A stretch of DNA of 63,111 bases, counting the filler, from Folioceros fuciformis (lineage: Eukaryota), in the NCBI GenBank assembly GCA_049999805.1. It is 17 parts of 17 records of this genome, joined end to end, with 100 filler letters (N's around TTAATTAATTAA, not from the genome) between each part and the next. Parts side by side here need not be neighbours in the genome. Positions count along the whole stretch, not along the records: positions 11,101 to 17,229 come from JBNGIO010004808.1; positions 17,330 to 18,446 come from JBNGIO010004809.1; positions 18,547 to 19,842 come from JBNGIO010004810.1; positions 19,943 to 22,874 come from JBNGIO010004811.1; 13 more parts are not named here. One strand, 5' to 3'. The notes under the pieces are model-generated. The model saw only the letters and a program-made list of their open reading frames with translations, made no database searches and had not been told where the DNA came from. Below are positions 12,796-22,974 of this stretch, piece after piece. A program made the position numbers and the translations under genes. Each line of letters begins with the position of its first letter. Position 1 is the stretch's first letter.

Positions 12796-13001
12796 TATTG
12801 AATGATTCATGAAGTACAATACTAATAAAAGAAAAAAAAATATGTCTTAAATAATAACTACCAAATTAGGGCTATAACTACCGTCAATGGGTGCATCCTT
12901 TCACAAGGTGCACCTATATAAAAATTAAAATTATGAAACTTGCCCTAACCCTAGTTGATATAGGCAACATACTAATAAGGGTCATTTCAACACTCCCACT
13001 T
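12796..13001 (-). mobile_element. Copia 3' LTR (~197 bp) with PPT
   Basis: The minus strand reads AAGTGGGAG then TGTTGAAA... and ends TTCAATA. Confidence 0.75.
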
Positions 13002-13241
13002 GTTGCTATATCTACTAGGCTTCTATTTGCCTCATATCGGTGCTTCAACTTCAAGTAATGTCCACACACGAATGATAGGTAGTGCACGAGCACAATAGTT
13101 ATTCTCACACGCTTGTGGAAATATGATGGAGTTGCATGTCGTGCCGCCAGCAGCTTGGTTAGTGCATTCCCAATTGTTGGTTTAAATTTTCGTGCCAGGT
13201 TTCAAGAATGGCTCACAGACCAACAAGCTCCCAACATTGTG

Positions 13242-14477
13242 ATGATGCTATATACTGATGTCAGTGGTAACCAAAAACAAAGGCGCACCTACAACAGGGA
13301 TACTCGCAGCCACTTCATCACTAAGAGGGTCAAGGAAAATCATGCCAAGATCACGAGATTTGCCACAACTAGCAACCCTGTGCAGCGGCTTCCACACTTA
13401 ATTCCAGCCAGAGTATCTTCAGCTGTCAACGCGGCGAGTAAAGTTGTGAGGCGGGCACTCCGGCGGAAGAAAAAGAAGATGGGAGCACCAGCCAGGAAGA
13501 CGCCTACCAGGGCCGCTGCAACACACACCGTCACTGAGAAGACTGCTGTGGAGGTTTGTTACAAATACGCGTCCCAAACTAACACTCCTCCTGTGCCAAA
13601 ATTCTTTTCCATCGGCGAGTTGTGGAAGAAGACCAAAATCTACTCGCTGGGAACAATCTCTAAGCCAGGCACACCAGTCTAGTATAAATGCTGGAAGACA
13701 GGCCTGAAGATGGTGCACGTAAGGGTTAGAGACAACAACCAAGTTCTCAACCACGTGATCAGCTTCTATCGTAAGCATCACACTTCCTCGAAACTCGAAA
13801 ACGTTGTTTTCCTATTTTCATTCACATCTGCACATTTCCTTGCGGTTCTGAATTACATGCACAGGGTTCGGTCTGCGGTTCATTATGGATTTGTTGTCCC
13901 AAAACCTTCACACTTAGCGGGTTACTGTGGAAGCTCACTACATAGTCGCTAACCCCGTTGATTTCAATCTCACAGTTTTCCCGTTTTTGTTTGCTTTTGA
14001 TTCATTTAGTTCTCATCTGACTCGGGTTCAAGTAGCAAGATGCAGCCTCAGACATATTTGTATAACTACACTAACCAGGCAGTCTGTGCCTTCGGGATAT
14101 CACCTTGAGCTGATTACTGCTTTTCCAGTTGCACGAAATATCTGCTGAAAATCCTAACCACTTGATCATTTTTGTTATCTGGTATTGATATCCTGATATG
14201 TTGTGCTGCCATCCAGAAACTTCAATATGCACTAAAAACTCCCACTGTTTGTGCAGGGTCTGAACAAAGAATTGATAAGGAGCAAAATCTGGACCACAAA
14301 GACAGAATTTCGTTTGATCCCACTTTCTCTAATTCCAAATCGAAAAATGAAGATCATGAGGCCAATGACATGGTGGACGACGATGAAGATAGCTGCGAAA
14401 ATTTGACAGGATCTCCTCGAGACCATAGTCACCAGTCAATCTCTGACTCTTCTAATGAGAGTTTGTATCGGAGCTAG
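13242..14477 (+). pseudogene. Antisense accessory gene of a second copia family (one W-to-stop change at 13680; predicted last exon 14257-14477)
   Basis: ORFs 13113-13682 and 13710 onward are in one frame. Homologous to 9614-10142, with a GTAAGC donor at 13771 in the same position. Confidence 0.72.
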
Positions 14478-14494
14478 AATACTCCCCCAGGCCT

Positions 14495-17137
14495 AGTGCC
14501 TGAACTGTTTGTTATGCAATTCTTTGCTTAATGGCTTTGTGAAAACATCAGCAGGATTTTCTTATGTAGGGACATATTCCAGTTTTACCTTTCCAGCTGC
14601 AACTAAATCTCTTATAAAATGATATTCCACTTCAACATGTTTTGTCCGATAGTGAAACACTGGATTTTGTGCCAAAACAATTGCACCTTGATTGTCTGTA
14701 TGTACTGTTGTGCAAGCTGGAATTAATAAGCCAAGTTCCTTAAATAATAACTTGTACTATATCACCTCTTTGGCAGTTGCTGTAAGCACTCTATACTCAA
14801 CTTCGGTGCTGGGCCAACTCATAGGTCCTTCAGCAACACTAACCACATGACCAGAAACGGATTTCCTGGTGTCTACATCTCCTGCATAATCGGAATCTGT
14901 AAAAACTTTCAAAGTAAGTTCTTCATCATGCTTGCCCTGAAATCGTATGCCTCTGTTAAACGTGCCTTTCAAATATCTAAGTACATGTTTCAAATATGTC
15001 CTGTGTTCTTGTCCTAGATTCTCCAAATACTGAGACAAGACACTAGTTGCATAAGCTATCTCGATTCTTGTGGTATTAGCAACATAAATCAACTTACCAA
15101 TAGCCTTTCTATAAGGTATCTTAGACATAGCTTCCTTTTTAGTTTGTGTACTAGAACTCATAATTTTACTTAACCTAAGTCCTACTGGTAAAGGAGTAGA
15201 AACAGGCTTAGCATCCTTTAAACCTAATTGTTCTACATTGTCTAAAATATATCTGGGTTGAGATAAATTTAAAAATCCTTTACTTTTATTTCTTTGTATA
15301 TGCACACCTAGACAGCTTTATAAAGGTCCTAAATGTGTCATTTTAAATTTAGCAGCTAAGAAATTATTAACTTTGCTAATGAAAGCTGTTCTATTGCAAG
15401 TTAAAATCAGGTCATCTACATACAAGGCTAAATAGCAAATAACAGGACTTTTGATGATAATATAAAGACTGCTATCTGCGCGACTCTTTACAAAACCTAA
15501 GGTATGTAACTCTTCATCTAACACCAAATTCCATTCTCTTACTGACTACTTAAGTCCATAAATTGTTTTAATAAGTTTGCAAATTAACTTCTCCTTTCCC
15601 TTTACTTCATAACCAAGAGGCTGCTGCATATATATATATATATCAGTATCGAGTTTGCCATAAAGGAAAGCAGTTTTAACATCCAACATTTGCAACTCAT
15701 AGTTCTTACAAGCTAAAATAGAACATAAAACACGGAATGTAGAAAACTTCACAACAAGAGCAAAGGTCTCGAAATAATCCAAACCAAGTACTTGAGAAAA
15801 GCCTCTGGCAACAAGTCTGGCTTTATATCTATCGAAAGTGTCATCAGCCTTAACTTTCAACTTAAACACCCAGTTACAAGACACTAAATTCCTCCGGGAG
15901 GCATCTCCACTAACTCCCAAGTGCCATTTTCAATCAAGGAATCATATTCTGATTTAATGGCAGCTTACCATTATTTACTATCAAGTCTACTCAAAGCTTC
16001 CTTAAGAGATTGAGGTCCAAGAGGAAGGGAGGTGGCAGCCAGGACTTTTGCATAAGACACACCTGCTCTACCTGCTGTAAAATCAGGAGCTTGATAATAA
16101 TTAGGAGCGTGCCGCTCACGGGTTGGATAACGACGAGGTGGAGGCTCTGGCTCAGAAGCCAATTGTGGAAGTAAAGTAGAATGCTCTTCAAAAACATCAG
16201 CATCATTATTGACAATGTCCTTCCCTGCAAGATTAATATTTTCATCTTGAATTCCCATTAAAAGAACAGGTAATGGAATAACTGGTTCATGCATGGGTTC
16301 AACCACAAAATGTTGCTTGGATTCACCCCTCGAAATGGGAATACCATAATCTGTCTGATCAAAATGAGAAATTGGAGGAAGGGCTGAATCATTAGCACCC
16401 TCCTGTTGAGCTGAATTTTCAGATCAACTAATCTTACCAACCCAAAGGTACTCTCATCAAAAGTAACACTTCTTGCATAAAAAACTATATTTTTAACATC
16501 ATCATATAATTTATAGACCTTGATACTTTTAGTATACCCAGCATGAGAAGTTTCCTTGACTTATCTGAAAACTTCTTACGCTTCTCTGTGAGTATGAAAG
16601 CATAAGCAACACAATCAAAAATCTTTATGTGTTGAATTGATGGCTTCCATCCTATAAAAGCCTTATAAGCTGTCATATTATCAATAGAATTTGTTCGCAA
16701 CCTATTTTTGAGGTAAACAATATTTAAATTCAAGCGCTCTACAACTCCATTCTATTGAGAAGTGTAAACCACTGTCAATTGTCTCCCAATGCCAACATCT
16801 ACACAATAATCTTGGAAAGCATGGAAGGTAAATTCTCCACCATTATCTGATCTCAATGTCTTCAATTGCTTTCCAGTTCACCTTTCATATTGTTTTACAT
16901 AATCCTTAAAATAGGAAAAACAATCACTTTTGTTTTTCAAAATATATGAAGTGATAAATTTGGTTTTATCATCTGTAAAAGGTTAAAAAATATTTTTCAC
17001 CACCTATGGACTCTTGAGAAAGAGGCCCACATAAATCTGTATGTATAAGCTCCAATGTTTTATGTGCTCTATGAGGAGTCAAATTTTTGAAAGCAGCTTG
17101 ATGTTGCTTGGACAAAACACAAGATTCACAAAGTAGA
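14495..17137 (-). mobile_element. Ty1/copia pol (INT-RT-RH), decayed; sister family of 357-4606
   Basis: IHTDLCGP, RRYPTRERHAPNYYQAPDF linker (similar in element 357-4606), YKARLVARGF, YVDD, DSDYAGD. Confidence 0.95.
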
Positions 17138-18724
17138 TGATGAATCAAACTCACTAAGTTTTGAACGTGTATTCGTTCCTAGACTGTAACCCCAAGTCTA
17201 AGATTAAAGAGAATTACACATCCTTCTTGNNNNNNNNNNNNNNNNNNNNNNNNNNNNNNNNNNNNNNNNNNNNTTAATTAATTAANNNNNNNNNNNNNNN
17301 NNNNNNNNNNNNNNNNNNNNNNNNNNNNNGGGTTCGAATCCCGGCAACAAGATTTCAACCACATTTCTTCAGTTTACTAATTTATTACAAGAATCACTTT
17401 GTTTTGTGAAGTATCATCATATTATGTAATAGTATATACTCTATGATACTTTATATGATATATATGATACTACACCCTATACTTTACTATAATACAAAAG
17501 TTTTATTTTTGTTACAAATGATACTACATAACTAGATAACAAGCGTTCATTAGGCTTCAGGGTTGGCCCCTAGTGTTCCTTTCATGGTTTATCTCTCTCT
17601 AGAGGTGGATTTTTTTTTCCATCTTTTTCTACTAAAATAAATAAGTTCCTTTCGCTAACAAGGAAATAGAATAACACAAACCGCTTTCTTCGCTTTGTTT
17701 CATGACATACAATAGTAAAAATTAATAAAATATGAAATATCATCATACTTTACAAAAATACTAAAGTTTCATTTGTGTTATTCATCATGCTATATAAGTA
17801 GATATAACACCATGCAAAGAGGTTAAGGAATACTATCCCTTAACCTCTACTAGTAGACCCTTTTCACAAAAATACGCATAGACTTCCATGTGTTTTTCTA
17901 ATGTAATATGTCTTTGACATAATTCTTGTGTAATTAGGCCGAAGATGGAATGCTTTATTTTTCAAGAGTAATGACCATCATCAAAGAAAGTGGGTGCCCA
18001 CTGGTTGGCAACCACTTTCTATGTGTACTTTGGCCATTATAATCCATCAGGGTAGTCCTACACAAAGCTTGGAGCTTCTAAGCTTAGAATAAGAGAAATA
18101 CATCCCAAAGGCCTACATCTGAACTATCAGACTGTCAACTATAAAATTTACTTTGTTTACAAAGTTTCTATTTGATGAAGCAAGTATATGAAGTGGCACT
18201 AGGGCCATTGTTTTTTTTTATCTACAAAGTATACAAGAGAACTAAGGGTCCCTAGGGCCATCATTTCTTTCATCTAGGTTTAGGGTTTGATCTATGAAGT
18301 ACAGCATTTATAAAGCAAGTATACAAAGTGACCCTAGAGCCATAGTTTCCAACAAAGCGGTTTAAGAGCCACAACTTCTTTTAATTCATATGAGGCATAA
18401 GCAAACATAAAATCATGTAAAACTAATATCATTGAGTCTTCTAAGTNNNNNNNNNNNNNNNNNNNNNNNNNNNNNNNNNNNNNNNNNNNNTTAATTAATT
18501 AANNNNNNNNNNNNNNNNNNNNNNNNNNNNNNNNNNNNNNNNNNNNGGAATTGTGCCCCTTCGAATCTGAATGAAAAGTCGCAGCTGTCTGGATAGTGGC
18601 GCTTCGTGTCTCCTCGCTCCCTGCCAGCGGAAGCAGGATCACAGGATGGTGTTGTAACAGGAATATAAGATGCTGAATAGCAGTCAAGACAGCTTGACAT
18701 CTTGTGCGTGTAGCGAGAGATAGA

Positions 18725-18876
18725 TATCAAAAGAATCCAGCATGATAATTAATGAGAGAATAATTAATAATGAAAAGGTAAAGGTATTTATAGCCAAGCC
18801 CTAAACTAATTAGGTCATCTATTCATGCATACTCCTAGGTTACCCATAACAACGGGTTATTTTCAACACTCCCACA
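18725..18876 (-). mobile_element. Short 3' LTR (~144 bp) with PPT
   Basis: The minus strand reads TGTGGGAG then TGTTGAAAA. The distal boundary is approximate. Confidence 0.55.
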
Positions 18877-19003
18877 TAACCTAGGCAGTGTGCATCTTCC
18901 TTTAGATGAGAGTCGAGCGCCGCCCTCTCCCGTTATCGCACACGCTCGTTAGCCAGAGCTCGCACTGTTACGCGCTGGGAGCTGAAGCGACGACTGTGAC
19001 ACC

Positions 19004-19514
19004 ATGTCGCAGCTACTTGCGATTGTGGCCACCATCCTCGCCTCCTTCTGTTTGCTCATACTGTGGCAGCAGCAGAAAATGACTACAAGAAGCGGTGCGC
19101 GCTACAGGCCTGAAAGGTATGGAGAGGGTGCTGTCCCAAGGAAGAAACGTGCGGTGAAGAAACAGGAAGAGGTTGCAGCTGGTGCTAGAAACACAAGGGC
19201 TTTGCAGTGGAGACCTTTCAATCTACAGCACTACATCAGTAGCTGCGGCTGGGAAGTGGAGGTGGCAGCCAGCGTGACTATGCGCAAGGTGCAGGAAACA
19301 GGCAGGGCAAATTCAGCTGTGAAGGAAAAAAGTGATAGTGGCTGAACTCCTGGACCCGCCTAACCCAGACCCCCTCAGAGGGATGAAGGTTAGATGGCGC
19401 GAGGCAATCAGGACCCCACTGCCTGCTGATGAAAACGTGAAGGAAGAAACAGAAGTAGAAAGGATTGATGCAGCAGACGGGAGACAGCTCCCACAGAAGA
19501 CAACAAACCCCTAA
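19004..19514 (+). pseudogene. Probable antisense accessory ORF next to the PPT/LTR (probable frameshift near 19325-19345)
   Basis: Hydrophobic N-terminus, MTTRSGARY, a basic cluster, KVRW and an acidic tail. Same position and orientation relative to the PPT as 9614 and 13242; the linked pol is not visible (gap follows). Confidence 0.5.
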
Positions 19515-19942
19515 AGTGCCATGATTAGGTAAACACTGTGATGATTCATCCATGGCTGTGATGGTGATAGATAGAAGCAAGTCTGACCAACTAATCTGTA
19601 TGTATGTGCTGCAGAACACATGGCAGGACTGATGAGAGGACAGCTTTAGAGCTGGGTCTCACAGCTAAAATTATGATAAACTATAAAACCAGGGGACTGA
19701 GGTCCCCATCCCCCCAATTCCAAATAGGTCAGACTGTCACCACTGTTTACCTTACTCCTGTTCTTGGTAACAAATAGCTGAAGTCTCGTATACCCAGGGA
19801 TTCCATGTGATGCGAATGCTTGAGCTTGGGTAGTGACTTTGTNNNNNNNNNNNNNNNNNNNNNNNNNNNNNNNNNNNNNNNNNNNNTTAATTAATTAANN
19901 NNNNNNNNNNNNNNNNNNNNNNNNNNNNNNNNNNNNNNNNNN

Positions 19943-20255
19943 CTTGTGCACCATATTGTGTGGTATTGTGGAGCCCTTTTGTACACTTAAGACAGTGGTG
20001 CTATTGTGTGTCCCATCCATTGCCTCTACTTGTGTCTGCTAACTTTGTTGATCCTGCGTGTTGCATAGGCCGTGTTGTGTCTAAGCTATTTCTCACATGG
20101 TATCAGAGTGTGGAAAAGGTCCATGAAAGTTCTACTGATGGCCGAGGATGCATACTGAAGTGTTTCACTCGTTTTGTCATATGGCGACATTGAAGTATTC
20201 AAACGGAGACGATTTGCAAAAGCACATCGACACCTTTCACGAACTATTTATAGTG
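19943..20255 (+). mobile_element. LTR 3' part, PBS and internally deleted copia gag remnant
   Basis: CTCACA then TGGTATCAGAG at about 20098, followed by MATLKYSNGDDLQKHIDTFHEL (gag-like). Confidence 0.6.
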
Positions 20256-20880
20256 TGTGGAGTGAAATGTTGTGTCCGAGGACATCGTGAGGCCCACACA
20301 AACCCTCTATGTCGTTGTAGCCATGGGATTCGCTCCCAAGAGAATGATTTGTGCCAAGTAACATAGGTTTCTTCTACTACTGACTCTTACTTAGGCTAGA
20401 CCTTATCCACTACCGCTCCTACTACCTACTACGCATGCAGCACTTCAATGTACGCTCCTACTACCTACTACACATGCAAATGCTAATCCTTGGGGAACAA
20501 GGCCCCGTAGATCAGCCACACTCTTCCACACACCCATGCATCACTCTCCACACATGCAAACCACACAAGAACTCTAGTGTACACTTATTCCTCGCAGGTC
20601 TGTCTCCAAGTGTCTTCAATCCCCCAGCAATGTCCACAAATCTCTAGCGATTCCTCAGCAATCCGTCACAACACCTCACAAGCTTCAACAATATCCAACA
20701 GTCTTCCACAAACGTCCAGAAGTCTCTCCAAAAATCACATCCAAACTTCAGCACTCTTTCTCAATCATCCAGCAACTTCCTAGCACTTCTCTTCAGTCTC
20801 CAGCAATCTCAACAAGCTTCTAGGGTCCTTCTCAGTCTCTCAACTCACTCCCTCCTTCTCTTCTTCTTCTTCTCACACAC
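20256..20880 (+). repeat. Diverged relative of repeat family C
   Basis: TGTGG start; CACACAAACCCTCTATGTCGTTGTAGC...GGGATTCG is similar to about 10540-10590. The right boundary is uncertain. Confidence 0.65.
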
Positions 20881-21249
20881 TCACTTCAACACCAGATTCA
20901 AACACAACCAATAACATGGTCTGCGCCTAACGGTCATATTCCGCCAAATCGGGCTTTGGGTGATTTTCTTCATTCTTTTTCTTGGCACATATCCACGATT
21001 CATGCTATTTGATGTGGAAGATTCCGAAATAAACTGAACAACATTCACGACGCACTTCGTATTCATCATGTTTACCAAGAAACTAGGCGAAATTGCGGGT
21101 TGGGAATAGTAAAAATCCTTGATACTATTCAGTTCCATGCTTGGACTGCCGCTCTCGGCTGCAGCTAGACACGATGATAATTTTCGAAATCGGCATTAAT
21201 AGAAGTTGGAAAATGTGAGGGGTTTTTAATATCAATCATTTACTCATAC

Positions 21250-21503
21250 GTGCGCTGATATGCCAACGCACAGTCGTAGTGAGTGCGCCGGTCTACTGGC
21301 GCACACATTGCTTCAGTGCGTCGGTAGACCAGCGCACTCCTTGAGGCAGCACGCTGATCATTTGGTAAACACCCAGATAGGGTTTGGGGGAAGTGCAACA
21401 CAACCATTCGTAAGGGTGCACCAATAGGCCAGCGCACACATAGACTGAGTGCGTCGATCTATGTGCGCACCCCCACATGATCTGCGTCGGCTAACCAGAG
21501 CAC
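21250..21503. repeat. 33-bp-period array of 22-bp imperfect palindromes (GTGCG-N12-CGCAC) separated by 11-bp unique spacers
   Basis: Units at 21250, 21283, 21316, 21349 (degenerate), 21416, 21449 and 21482. Confidence 0.85.
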
Positions 21504-21708
21504 TACTAGAAGACGCATTCATGGCACTGGCAAACCGAGGGATGCACTTATGAATAGCCAACCATAGCTCTCGGCAAACAGTGTTCATAGATAGGAAGTG
21601 TGGTATACATGAAAGTACTTTACCGGTATAGTCTAAGTATCTGCCAGTTGGTCATCGATTCCATCTGGAGGAATTTCCTGATCTTGTTTAAGCACATACA
21701 AGTTCTTT

Positions 21709-22134
21709 CTAATAAGGTTTTGAGTGTGAGCATGCAGCTGTTTTTTGACGAGTCAACTCAAATCCATACGCTAAAATAAAAGTGTTCGCGATAGAAAGTG
21801 TGTCAATATGCTTCCAAAGTCTTTTGCTTGGCCGTCGCTTTCGTCCTCGTCTAGAACCCTTGGGAGAATCTTCTTTCGGTAATATCATCTCCTCTTGATA
21901 TCGACCTTCAAATGCATTTGAACATTTGGTGACCCACCAATGGACTATGATACTTTGAATGTCATTGTCCTTATGTATGTCCAAAACTTTGGCGATCCAA
22001 AAAGGCTTATTGTCTTCGTCTGTCTCGCATGGGACAACAATCATGTGCCCTGCTTCTATCTCTGATACATCTCCATTTAAGCTAGCACAGTCGTTGCGAA
22101 CATGAGCCTCTCTTCTATACGCACCCACATACAT
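21709..22134 (-). CDS. Transposon-type ORF fragment with a BAH/SH3-barrel-like module
   Basis: EAGHMIVV...KPFWIAKVLDI...IIVHWW pattern plus a basic NLS-like stretch. Assignment is by motif recognition only. Confidence 0.45.
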   Translation of the reverse strand: MYVGAYRREAHVRNDCASLNGDVSEIEAGHMIVVPCETDEDNKPFWIAKVLDIHKDNDIQSIIVHWWVTKCSNAFEGRYQEEMILPKEDSPKGSRRGRKRRPSKRLWKHIDTLSIANTFILAYGFELTRQKTAACSHSKPY

Positions 22135-22253
22135 ATCTCTTCTAGGAACTTCTCATATCTGTGGGTTTTCCACCACCAATGCATCTGGCACATGTAACGG
22201 TGTATTCAACAACTCTGCCACATCGCGATTATACATGACTCTGCTTCGCAACT

Positions 22254-22874
22254 ATGCAGAAGCTGCACCAAATGTTCCCAGTTGAAGACAAGTATGAATG
22301 GATGGAGGGGTATGTATATGCAGGACTAACAGAAGAGGAAATGAGAGTGCTCGCAGTTGATCATAATGTATATGCAGATAAGAGAAAGAAAATGGGCTTC
22401 ATTGAGCAAGTTCGGTATATCCACGACGAGCTTGATATCTTTTATAGAAAACACGGCTTGGATGAGACGCCCCCTGTGAAGTGGAAGTTCAACCTGTATA
22501 GGTTGCTTGGAATGATGGATGAAGGAGGAGACCCTCACGACACTGATTGGGTGCAAAAAGTGGTAGACAGGCAGACATTACCATATCGAGTGGCCAAGCG
22601 TAGTGGGATCCTGTGGGAAAATGTAGATAGGATATTCCAAATGTGGGAGAAGAGTGAGCTCCCTGAACAGATAGTAGGAGGAAGCTCTGGGACAAAGAAA
22701 CGTGCAAAAGCCAAGAGGAAACCTGGGGAAGCTGAACTCGCTTCCAATAGTGCGCAAATGTCAGATGAGTCATCAAAGAAGGTTGCAGCAATGCAGGGAA
22801 GGTCTAGGAGGGCTTTTCAAGGAGTCCCAGCAGGGGTTACAGGCGAGGAAATGCTAATAGCTATGACGCAAAAG
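22254..22874 (+). CDS. ORF fragment resembling the ParB-like region of transposon-associated proteins (runs into a gap)
   Basis: YVYAGLTEEEMRVLAVDHN...MGFIEQVRYI motif. More than 200 codons are open. Confidence 0.45.
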
Positions 22875-22974
22875 NNNNNNNNNNNNNNNNNNNNNNNNNN
22901 NNNNNNNNNNNNNNNNNNTTAATTAATTAANNNNNNNNNNNNNNNNNNNNNNNNNNNNNNNNNNNNNNNNNNNN

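Noticed and set aside
17330-17350. tRNA gene (GGGTTCGAATCCCGGCAAC, T-arm/B-box)
   Set aside because: Only the 3' fragment is visible beside a gap, so tRNA cannot be told from SINE or chance.
21250-21503. CRISPR array
   Set aside because: Spacers are only 11 bp, the repeats are divergent, there are no cas genes and the context is eukaryotic.
21501-21512. CACTA terminal inverted repeat
   Set aside because: It overlaps the last palindrome unit, and no partner TIR or TSD is visible. Not called.
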